The notes under the pieces: generated by a model | The model's database searches: none | The model's input: the letters and a program-made list of their open reading frames with translations, nothing else | What the model was told of the DNA's origin: nothing | From: Pavona decussata | Taxonomy: Eukaryota | Direction: 5' to 3' | DNA: 64,000 nucleotides | Assembly: GCA_977016875.1 (NCBI GenBank) | Contig: CDRNST010000436.1 | Coordinates: forward strand, 6,572,001-6,636,000 | In this document: in pieces, positions 32,459 through 43,800 of the stretch | Layout of the letters: each line of letters begins with the position of its first letter | Position numbering within the stretch: the stretch's first letter is position 1 | Made by a program: the position numbers and the translations under genes

Positions 32459-35400
32459 CCCCCACGGAAGACCATTGGAAATTCCGAGGGGGAGGGGGGG
32501 TTAAAGGGCAGTAATTTCCGAGAGGTAGGGGGGTTTCGTGGGGAACTAGTTTTCCAAAGGGTCACGAACCATGTACAAAACATTGAAAGCAACACACGAT
32601 CGATCTGAAGCACAAAAACAAATTTACATGCGTTGTTTTGAAACAAAAGCAGTGAAAACGATGAATCATTCTGGAAAAAGTCATATTGGTAGAAGTGTTG
32701 TCTGGTTAATCCTTCTGATAAGCGAAAGTAACGGCGGCGTGACAGGTTTTTTTTCTTTGAAGTTCGACTTCGCGGCGCGATCATATCAATCAGCCTCATA
32801 TCATGCCGAGCATGGCTGTGACTTCACAATCGTTTGAAAATTGAGGTTTGAAATAAATAAAAGCCCTCTTTACTTGTATTGTAGCATCAAATGAGTGAGA
32901 TTAAAAGGTTTCTGAACAAAGCGACTTTTTTGATGAGCATGGCCTTTCGCATTTCCACAGGTTAGTTTGCGGTTGAAATCTATTTCTGACACGGCGAAAT
33001 GTACAACGGGCCTGCAAGCGCGCTTATTTATTTATTTCCCACGGAAAATTATTTTTCTGCGGCCAAAAAACGTGTAATTTCTTCAATGCAATCTTTCACA
33101 AAAAAGATTTCTGGAAGAAAGAGAAAAGATTCTGCAGAGATCTTTCCATCCAGTGAATATTGATGTACATTGCAGCATAGTTAATTGAGGGACTGGTTAT
33201 GAAACTTTGCCATGAAAACAATGGTGCTGCAGTTTATGTTGGAAGGGCCGCGACCGTGCACAATCCTTTGTTTTAACTGTTCAGACCACAGCTGAATATC
33301 TTAGCAGGAACGTTTCTATTGGTCAGTTGCTCCAACACATTTCAAAATCTATTGTAGTTTGTGCACGGTCAAGGCCAAAAACGCTAACAAAAACATATAA
33401 CAAAGGAGTTTGTCAAGCTTCATAACCATTGCCTTTTATTAACTATGATTGCAGTCACTGAATCAAATGCACAACTTTTTCGATGTATGCAAATTTTGTT
33501 CAAGATTGAATCCCATGGGACGTGAAACAGCCACGTTTATTTGATAAAAACGTGACATAAAACGTCAAAAACACAAACTTTTTTCTTTCTCGAATTCATT
33601 TCATTCACGAACTCGGTGCAGAGATAACTATTTGTATTAAGTGCCGAGACGCAATTGCCACGGCCGGACTAATTAATTTTGAAGTTTTGAAGGGAGAACC
33701 TTTTGAAACTGTTCTCAAAGGCAGCTTATAATATTAATTCTTGTGCATGCAGCCAGTTTTCGACTGGGTTTTCAAAGTTCTTCAAATTCTACTTGATAAA
33801 TAAAAAACCCAGCATCGTATATTCAATGTGCAACTTATATTCATAGCCGTTTCTTCGCGGTATTTAATAAGCAAACGTTTTTCTGCAGAGGTCATTACAA
33901 AAATGGAATTTGCAAGGCCGTCGTAATTTTAGGTGAAAAAGAAAAGTTGTAACGTGATAGAGATAATTTCTTAAGCGCTCGAGAAAGTTATAGACATAAA
34001 CTACGCAACAACAAAGAATACGACCGTGTCTTTTGACGAAAAAAAAATTGACCATTTTAGAGTTCTATCCAATTTTTTCCGGATATAGTTTAAGCAAAAG
34101 GATAAACAAGTAAAATAGCGCAGTGTTGTAAATAGCTGAACTAGAGTTGTCGACGTTGCTTCAATAATAAAAAAATTGATCGTAATAGTGTGAGTAGTCA
34201 ATTTTCTTAGTCTAAATGGATTTTGAACTTCCGAGGGTTTCATGGAAGAGGTGTCTAAAAACCGGGAAATTCCGGAGGGGTGGGGGGGTCATCATAAACC
34301 CTCTGGAACGGAAATTCCGAGGGGGTGGGGGGGTTAAAATAAAAATGTCTTCCGTGGGAGGGGTATGGATATTTTCTGGAACCACACAATCTTAGTTATC
34401 CTAACAGGAGGGAAACCTATGACCTTCCAATATTATAACTAGTTTGGATGCTCAACCACTGAGCTACAGGTTAAAGTGACAAACATCAGGCTACACACTG
34501 TTGGGTTTTTGTTGTTTTGATTACTCACACTTTTCACTCAAATAAATCTTCTTATAGTAATGTCAAGAGGAGCAGCTGTTGTATAAATTTTAACAGTAAC
34601 TAGCAACACGAGAACTACTCAACATAGGATTGTGTTTGATTGAATGGTAACATTTCAGCAATCCACATACAAGCTCAAAAAATAAAACCATCTTGTGCAG
34701 CGTCATAAACAGACACACAGGGGAGTACTATGCAATTAATATCAAACAAAATCAGCAACCAACCAACCATTTATTTTGCCACACACTTCAACATAATTAT
34801 TGCTATTTTTTTATTACAAGAGACATCACTTTTGAAAGTGCATTGCTCAGGGTGTCAAGGGATACACCCTGGCACTGGGCACCCGGGCACTGGGCAAATT
34901 AACCATCTGTAAACACAACTTTAACATCTCAACCAACTTTTTCAATAAAACAACACACTCAAAGTCAACTCTTGTCACCAACTTTAATAGGCCTTATCAC
35001 GGTTTTCGACGCCATTTTGACAGGTAGACAAACTCGCCTGAAATAACAGTGTTTGTATGGGAATCCGATGTCAAATAATTTTCATAAAACATAGCTTCTG
35101 AAAAATTCATGAATTGGAAACTTTTGGAACTAGGGAAAGGATTTTAAGAAAAAAATTGGAGGGATCTAGCTGTGCCAGAAAGCGCCAAGTCGTGTTTTGA
35201 ACTTTCCATACATTTCCCTGTATTTTTTCCCGTGAACTATTTTTAGTAGCAGTTCACGGCTTATTCGCTATACAGACAAATGTATGGAAAGTTCAAAACA
35301 CGACTGGACGCTTTCTGGCACAGCTACATCCCTCAATTTTTTTTACTTAAAATCGTTTTCCTAGTGCCAAAAGTTTCTAATTCATGAATTTTTCAGATGC

Positions 35401-35549
35401 GATGTTTTTTGAAAATTATTTGACATCGGATTTCCATACAAACACTGTTATTTCAGAAGTGTTTGCCTACTCGTCAAAATGGCGTCGAAAACCGTGGTAA
35501 GGCCTATTGGTATGTGAAAACCCATTTTGATTGGACGTACCAATAAAGC

Positions 35550-35597
<48 letters not shown>

Positions 35598-36370
35598 TCT
35601 TGCCTGCTTGTTCAAATCTTATTCTCAAACTCATTAATAATTCATGCAGTCAAAAGCCAATAAATGACCTCCATTTCGGTCAGGTGGATGAATCTTGATA
35701 CCCCAATGAAACACCAGATGAAACACCACCAGGTTTTCATCTGAGATGAAACATGTTTTTCATCTGAGATCAAACATTTGCATTTTAATGAGATTAACTT
35801 CTTATTGTTTCATTTGAGAAGACATGTCAAAAACTTGGGCTTCGTGCTTTATCACGGGTTCCAAATACCTCGAAACAGATGAAAGCACTCGGCCTGCGGC
35901 CTCGTGCTTTCATCTGTTTCTCAGTATTTGGAACCCGTGATAAAGCACTCGCCCTCGTTTTTGATATATTACATGAAACCTCCAGTAACTTTACCTGTAT
36001 ATGCGTTCCAGACTCAATCCTAGTACCAAAGTTTGCCCATCCATAATCATAGCAGTCAAACAAAATGGTATTGTTTAGCAGCTGTAAGAAGAAAAAAAAA
36101 ATAAACAACAAGTCAAAAAAATAATAAACAAGAAAAGATCGTAAATGCACTCTTCCCCCTAAAGAGATGCATCCCTTTTACATGTACATAATAGCCACTA
36201 AAACTCAGCTGGGCCAGTAAACCTTAACAAAATGTTCAGCTGCAAGAGACTGGAATGCCCTAGCTGAAGGATATTCGTAAACTTGAAACTCTGTCACAAT
36301 AATTATTAAGAGCTAAACTACAGACAATTTTACAACTAGATCCTTCAACTAAGTTATATAAGAAATAATT

Positions 36371-36425
<55 letters not shown>

Positions 36426-37532
36426 TATTTATATAGCGCGATTTACAGCGATGTCCAATCGCGCTTTACAATTATAGCAAAAAAATTTCATTGCACCATA
36501 AAATACTGAATAAAAAAAAAAAAAAACGAAAATTACATTAACATATTTACGTCTAATATTTCTAATGTACAAAATGTCTTAATGTGGTATTTAATTCTAT
36601 GGAAAAACTTTCCTAAAGTAAATAGTATAGTAAACAAGATGCCTATACTGGCATTTACGCGAGATGCTGTGGCTAATTCATTTATTCCAACTGTATGCTT
36701 CACCGATTGATAACACTATCCTTGCTAATGGAATATTTTGAGTCATGAAGATCACGTTATGTTGTTTCCCTTGTGTTACACTACTAAGGGTCTCACCGGA
36801 AATTTTGGAAATTCCATTACGATAACGTAACCTTCTCAATGACCTCTTTTAAGTCTCCCATCGTGGTTCGGGACTGTCAAAGAAAGCACGATTCCTTTGC
36901 CAGGAACTCTCCAATTTCCACCGTTTTAGATGTCGAGTGCTTCTTAGAAGTTATTCTTTCGATTTACCGCTTCAAAATGGTGAAATTTCCGTTTGAAAAC
37001 GGCACACTTGAGTCCACAACATGTTAACAATATGGCGCTACAATTTAATCCGGTTTTAATGAATAAATCAAATGATGCATTGACGTCACACAGGTAGGGG
37101 TGAGTGGGTCCCCTCCCTCGCAAAATAAGCGACAAGAATGGATTTTGATTGGCCTGCTTCTGTTGAAGACAATCAGAACAATACTTCCCGAGAAGGAGAG
37201 GAGAGAGTTTAATGAATGTACAGATTTGTGGCTACTACGAAGAGAGAGAGAGAAAAAAAAAAAAAATCGACCCGTTTTTAGACACGGTATGCCCCTCAGG
37301 GCGTCCCCCGTAATTATTATTAATAGTAGCTTTGGGAAAAAAAGATACTTGTAAAGATTTACAGAAAGGGAGCTTTCAAAGTCTTCTTTGAACACTGTGA
37401 CTCTACAAATGATTATCATAACCAGCTTACCACACAAACTTCATTTGGATCATCTCTGTAACAATAACCAACTGTAATACACAACCACAGGAACAATATT
37501 CCCTTAGGAATCCACAGGCTTTGCGCTTTCAT
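28419..37532 (-). CDS. RNF13: PA-TM-RING E3 ubiquitin ligase (RNF13/RNF167-like)
   Basis: Minus-strand exons 37532-37431, 36081-35995, 32314-32147, 31614-31521 (GC donor), 31036-31005, 30690-30647, 30313-30196, 29996-29903, 29168-29085, 28630-28419. Signal peptide; PA domain (GCEFDTK, GFDAAII, IPVVYVG); TM ([17 protein letters not shown]); RING-H2 [33 protein letters not shown]; ETTPLI dileucine motif. Confidence 0.92.
28634..29042. repeat. ~100 bp direct duplication inside the last RNF13-like intron
   Basis: CAAACAACAACCAAACAATCAGTCAACAAACCTCTATGACATTC...TTCATGACCTGGTAC at ~28634-28733 and ~28941-29042. Confidence 0.9.
32425..34387. mobile_element. ~1.96 kb non-autonomous DNA transposon
   Basis: TIRs GTGTGGTTCCAGAAAATATCCATACCC / GGGTATGGATATTTTCTGGAACCACAC with AAT on both flanks; subterminal GGAAATTCCG(G)AGGGG repeats; no intact ORF. 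Confidence 0.88.
34986..35508. mobile_element. Foldback MITE with ~230 bp arms
   Basis: AATAGGCCTTATCACGGTTTTCGACGCCATTTTGAC... is mirrored by ...GTCAAAATGGCGTCGAAAACCGTGGTAAGGCCTATT, with a short central spacer. Confidence 0.9.
35844..35948. repeat. Hairpin repeat (~45 bp stem)
   Basis: GTGCTTTATCACGGGTTCCAAATAC..GAAACAGATGAAAGCAC - loop - GTGCTTTCATCTGTTTC..GTATTTGGAACCCGTGATAAAGCAC. Confidence 0.85.
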
Positions 37533-38929
37533 GGTATGAATTTAACTGAAACAAGAAAATGTGTCAAGAAAATTATTATTGTGATATCATAATATACACA
37601 TTTTACTGTTATAGTAACACGAAACAGTTCAAATCTCACCTTACTAGCTACAGTACATACATACATACACACGTACATACTTTTTTGTGAAAAAACCAAC
37701 TGCTCGCTATCATACCATGATGATAATCTTACTTACTTCGATCAAAAAAATAACACTGGATACTTGTGCTGAATGTCACGTCCGCAGTGATGCAATAAAA
37801 TGTTTCACATTTCATCTTGTCATGCCAGTTTGGCAAACAAACGACGAACACGCGCGTCAGCACGAGAAAATCACGCGAACTTTATAAGCAAAGACTTCCA
37901 ATCACAAGGACCAGAGTCAACAGAATTAAAACAAACATAGGTGAAAACCAATTGATTCAAAGAACAACAGTGCTGTTTCTGTATTTCTTCAGCCTTAACT
38001 ATACTTTAACAAATTAAATGAACTTCCTCGTATTCTTGTTGCTGGTTTTATACGTATTTAATATGAAAAAGAAAGGGTACGGAAGCTGGCAACGAATATT
38101 TATACGTTGTATTCTGTAAATATATGAATAAGGAAAAACACAAACGTCAAAAGACCCACATCAGAGAACGTAAAATTTCTCTTCATGCATTTACAGTATC
38201 GTCCACCATGTCGCAAGTTTAGACGCAATCCAATCGTTCTTGTATTTGTAACGCAGCAACAACAGGACACTGGACAACTTTCTGAGCAGTTTTACTGTGG
38301 GAAGATTCTCGTTAACTCCATTGCTTCATGATCGCCCACGAGGAATTGAATTGAAAGCTTACTTCAGGTTATTAAGTACGTTCCTTTCGGGCATTTTCCA
38401 GCAGCTGATAGACTGACTTTCAGTTTCCAGCAGACCCGCAATGTGTTTAAAAGATGCTACACCACCAATAACGAAGTAATATCTACCTACCTTAACATTT
38501 ACTTGTTTTAAAAACGCTGCATGGTGTTTTTAGCAGAATTCTTCCTGCTAAAATATCACTTTTACTTCGTTCCTCAGTGTTTGTTATGGCGCCCCTGCAA
38601 GTTCAGGTGTTTCTCGTTTCTCTTTTCCCTATTTGGTAATGGACCTTATGACGTAACACGAGGAACCTCTTTTCAAAAGCCCATTATTGACAAAGACCAT
38701 AATTAGGGGCTCTGGAGAACTATTTAAAAGATACCTATATACCTAATTTCAGAACGTCGACTGAAAAACAAAGAAACAGACAATATCAGCGTCATTTTTC
38801 CATCTACATCTACAAGGATAATTTGTAATGGGATACACCCATCAGCCTCAAATATAAAAGGAAAATAAAGAACTAAAATCACTGTCTGAATGAAAAAAGA
38901 ATTGAGAAGAGTCTTGAATGCCTCACTGA

Positions 38930-39655
38930 GACTCACCGACATTTGGTTGGACTGTTACTTCAGCCGGAAATGAGTTCCACTCTGGTAGTTCTGGCATAAA
39001 AACTGAAATTGTAGGTATTACTCGCAGGGGTTAATTGTGTGAATCCCTTGGGATCGTATTGCCTAGTTATTTTCTGCTTCGGTATAACATGTTCAGGAAT
39101 CTGAGGGGCTATCTTCCCATTAACAGCTTTATAAAAGGCTTCATAATATCAATCTTTGACTGGCGGGCCCTCCTAGATTAGCTTGGCTATTTGCGGGCCA
39201 GTCCAATGTATCAATGTATCAAGTATAAATCAAAGAATAAAGTTGTTGTAAAAGGTGATGAGCCAGGCTTCCTTCCGACGGACGTTCCAGGGAGGACCAC
39301 TTTAGCTCGTTTTAGAGGTGGGTCACAGACCCCGGTGTGCGGTACTGAACAACGTTTAACAAAACAAGTGGCTCATTGTTGCACTCCTTTGTTGTTCATT
39401 TATCCCCCTGACACGACTTTTTACACACATCTCATCCTTAATATGTCGTAATTTATTGTAATTTGCAGTAGTATAAATCCACTTGTTGAACTTGTCCATT
39501 AATTTGCTTGTGTATACGGATCCCCTACACTACTCACATTTTTAAGATGGGGTCTTCTAACGAGTAGTAGGCATTTTTATTTCTCTCTATACATTGACGC
39601 AGGTTCCTTCTAATAAATCCCAGGGAGCGGTTAGCCTTGCTGATAATGCCAGCCG
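38930..39655 (-). mobile_element. Degenerate LINE C-terminal fragment interrupted by an L2 tail and other insertion
   Basis: Minus strand reads IISKANRSLGFIRRNLRQC...AYYSL..PHL...DPYT (39480-39655) and NTYNFSFYARTT (near 38980-39030). Confidence 0.6.
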
Positions 39656-40194
39656 GTGACAGAGTGTTCCACTTGAGGTCCAATAGACAGTTTCAATCCC
39701 AGATATTTATGGTGTTGCACTGGCACAGGTAGCGAACCTCTGATTGTACATGGGTAGCTTCAGTATCGGCTGATATGAACGCGATACTGTTAGAGGGCCT
39801 GTGACTGGCTTTTCACTTTGGATTACTTGTACCATCAAACCCTGTTATTTTAAGAAGGTTGATTTAACTAAGGAAAATTTATAGGGCGGGAGCCACTGAG
39901 AAAACTGCCCGTAATAATGAGAGGTCTGTATTAAGCAGGGATCGACTGCACTCCCAGAACAAAATCTTTGTTTAGTACGCGTGACCATGTATGTCAAACA
40001 AATACCTTAACAAACCAACATGACTTGCCTAGAATCAGACCACAAAAAAGAACTGTTTGCACAATCATGTAACAAGATAGACGCAACTCTTTCAGTTGAT
40101 GCCTTAGCCAGTCAACAACATGCTATTTTCTCGGCACCGGTTGCATGCTCTTGCCTGGGTTCTGATGGGTTTGAATGTTTGATTTTATCAATTT

Positions 40195-40310
40195 TTCGAC
40201 TCGCTCTCAAGAAGGGCTAACGCTCGAAACGTCAGCATTTGAATTCCTCTTTGGGATGGCTAAATTACCTTACTAACTCTGTTGATAAAACCAAACATTC
40301 GTTTCTCAAC
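40195..40310 (+). mobile_element. Penelope-like element end with degenerate hammerhead motif (related pieces at ~55215-55295 and ~62245-62350)
   Basis: GCT-CTCAAGA-A-GGGC-taac-GCTC-GAAACGTC-AGC followed by ...GTTGATAAAACCAAA, which recurs at ~62280. Confidence 0.6.
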
Positions 40311-40821
40311 CGACTGACGGAGCACCTGAAGTTCTTTGCCTTGTTATTGGTTGGATCGTTCGTGTTTCTTGCGACCTTTCGAGATACAGAAGGGGGAAGT
40401 AAATTGCTGGTGAGCGCATTCACTTAACATTTTTGTTCTACCAGTTGAACAGAAAATTGTACAGGTAAAACTTAGTTGTTTGAAAGGCACTTTTAGCTCC
40501 GGCCACTGGGAGGTCCTACGTTTGGGAACAAAATTAACCTACAAGAATAAGATCTTTATTATACAAATCGATGCGCCCTTTTGGGTACAAGACAGAGAAC
40601 ATATTCTGAAGTCCACTCTTTCCACATCGCTGGTTCATTGTGATCATTCGTAAGTGGCGATTACAAAGTTTTTAATTCACATCTTTTATGAAGACTTGTC
40701 TATATACATGTGATTCACATATTAAAAAAACAAACAAACTATTTATACATAAAATTGTGATAACTTATTAAACACGGATTGTTCCGCTTTCCAGGCTGGG
40801 TATGAAAGATGTTTACTGTTG

Positions 40822-43800
40822 TTAATGATCCAAGACTTTGAAAAAGTACTGCACCTGAAAATACAACAGAATAGCCATAACAGAGTCAGGATCAATTTCT
40901 GAAGCACATGGTGGACAAAAAATTCTAATAGAGTCTGCAGTTTTGGTCAGAAACATTGCTAAGCAGCAGTTGCACATTATACACTGACTAGACTACTGAA
41001 CGATAAGAACGCACATGCAGTATTTTGATTGGTTACCTACTGCAGTCAAGAAAACCTGTTGTTATTGTGACCTTACTGGCCGGTACACCATCACCGCTTG
41101 ACTAGAGCCCGGTTTATCATTCTAAAAACGTATGTACACCACATCAAAAATTAAATACAACAATTGTTATTGTTTAACGTTAGATAAGTTGCCAGAAAGT
41201 GCTAAACGTCATCAAACAATCACTTCCACACTGCTAAAAGTTGACCACAACGTTTGGCCGAAGGTAAAATATTTAAGCTGCGGCTTAACGTTCTAAAATT
41301 ATTGTACAACATTTGTTGGTTCACTGACAATAAGTTGAGTACCCAATGTTAGATGATGATCGACAAACATTTTTTGGGGTGTAGAAGACATGGATAACTT
41401 TTTTTGTCTGATGAATGTTTATAGAGTGACGTAAAATAACGTTTAGCCTACACACGTCCAACGTTGTTATACAATAACATTGGAACGTTTTTACGGCCAA
41501 CAAAACTGTTGGTCAAACATCGTTTAGCCGTTGCTTAAGCCTTTTCTACATAATTTTTGATTTCCTCTAAAACTTTATGTTGGCCTGCAATCCGTTTCAA
41601 CTAGTCAATCAACATATAACAACTACAAAAAGGTGGAGCACCAACCTCGATAAGTCCATCCTCAGGTAGATCAGTGCAATGCACTGCGTTCCTGATCTTA
41701 TCTTTGCCAAACAACGCTCTTAATGTTCCTGGCCGAAGATGGCGAGCGATTTCCTGGTGTGGAAAACACAAAGTCGTTAGTGTTGATAGACGTTTTCATG
41801 TACAGAAACGTCAGAAAAGAAACGTTAAACAAATAAATAGTTGAAAACTGAAAAAGAAACTGCAGGAATTTTACAAGAATGGATACATAAAATACTGCAC
41901 AAGACTGAAAAGGATCACAAATTTTTGTTGCATAGGAATGCCAATGAAATAATCCACTCAGTAAGCTTTTAATATTGGCAATGATGCCGGACACCTCAAA
42001 ATGTTCATAACTATTGCTTTCAATATGTCTTGTTTAATGCCTGAACAAGCAATTGACCATTCGATCCAATGTTCGTTTTTGTTTGGGTTAAATGAGTGAT
42101 TAAGTTTCAAAGACTTTGCATTGCATTTTATAACGCCTTCAATTAGTAATTCGTGTATGTATGTCCTTAACACTGCCTGCCTAGATTAGCTTGCTATTTG
42201 CAGACGGTGTTCATTGTCAGTAACTTTTTGGAAAACTTAATAAACTTGAAACTTGAAACTTGAACTTGCATAAATAAATGAAGAAGCTCTCATCTAATAT
42301 ACTGACAAAGTGCCCACACAGGCCACTTTGTGCAATTCTTCCCTTATCTCCCCTCCCTTTTCTAGACAGCTTACAGGATCAGCTGGACCAACAAAGTCCC
42401 TGAATGTGACAGGAGCATCAGGAGCTCTGATCTCCATAGCCAGACATGGGCCACAGCACAGTTCTTCAACCATACTCTGAAAGGAAACAAAAAATAATCA
42501 AAATAAAAACCTTGAAACACAAAGCTAACCAAACCTAGTCAGGACTAAATCGAGGTTGATGTGAGGACTCCATAAACAACAAACTCAAATTGCATTATTA
42601 GAACTGAGTTGCAGAGGGGTATGTTATTAGCCAGTATTAACTTTACACTGTAATATTATTATGTACTACATCCAGTACTCTGGTTTGTTTTTTTTATCTT
42701 TGTACTGCATCAACTGCCTTAGATGAGGGCCTCAAACAAGCTAACAAAAAACATAATTTTCTTGTAAACTACAAAGGTAACTAAAAGTATTAAGAATATT
42801 ACAGTTAAACATCTTACAAGTAACCACTCAACATATTAGTACTAAAGGAAAGGCCTCAACAATACTGATTTCACTGACCTTGTATTCATTTACAACACCT
42901 TTGTACACTTCATGAAATTCTTCTGCATTGGCTCTTTCAAGATGGAACTAAACATGTAATCAAAAAATTAATTTACACTCGGTAACCTTGTGCTCGTTGT
43001 TAACAAAAGGAACAAGGAGTTGAGACAATGAATTTCTTCACCTAAAACAGCCACAATCAGCTGTAGTAATGCAAGCTGTTCCTCTATTCTCTCAGGGAGA
43101 AGGTGAGACTTATGCAAAAGTGATGGGATATTTATCAGAAATTTTGAAACAAACCCCTTTAGAAGAGGTATAAGAAGTTCCTCGTTTTGTTGGCAAGGTT
43201 CAAGTTCATTTTCACCACTAAGAGAAACCAATTTTGACGAGTGGTTCACAATTCCTGTCACATTTCTTCAGATATCACATGATGGTTTTCTTGGATTTAA
43301 ACACCTTAACTGGTACCAAACCACAATTTTTTTACTTTTAAGAGGTACAAAAACACCCTTAGAAACTATCATTATGGGAGTCCCCTATGGGAGCCATAGC
43401 CATGCAGAATCCTGAGTGTGTAGAAACATGATGCATTGGAGGGGGAAAAATCAACTAACATAGTCATACATGTATTATTAAGCTGCAGTATATTAAAGAA
43501 ATGAATTTACTACTGTGGAACTCCACTCCATAAATACAACCACCTTGTTGCTACGACAATGTTTTGTGGCACAATCTCATAAACTTACCATCTGAAGAGC
43601 AGAAACTTCAAAACCCTTGCTGGTTATGGCTGAGATGATTTTTCCAGTGAGACCTAAAGGAGTGATTATAATTCAGCCATTCTAATTTACTCCCTGTGGA
43701 GGCTAGATATGCTAGACAAATGCATTTTTTTCATTTTTTGAGACACTGATCATTTTCCTAAATAATGTACTTAATCTGTGTTCTACCTGAAGTTCCCACA

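Noticed and set aside
39255-39348. Possible C/D box snoRNA (GTGATGA ... CTGA)
   Set aside because: Intergenic, embedded among LINE fragments, with poor terminal-stem spacing and no identifiable guide; an Rfam scan would be needed.
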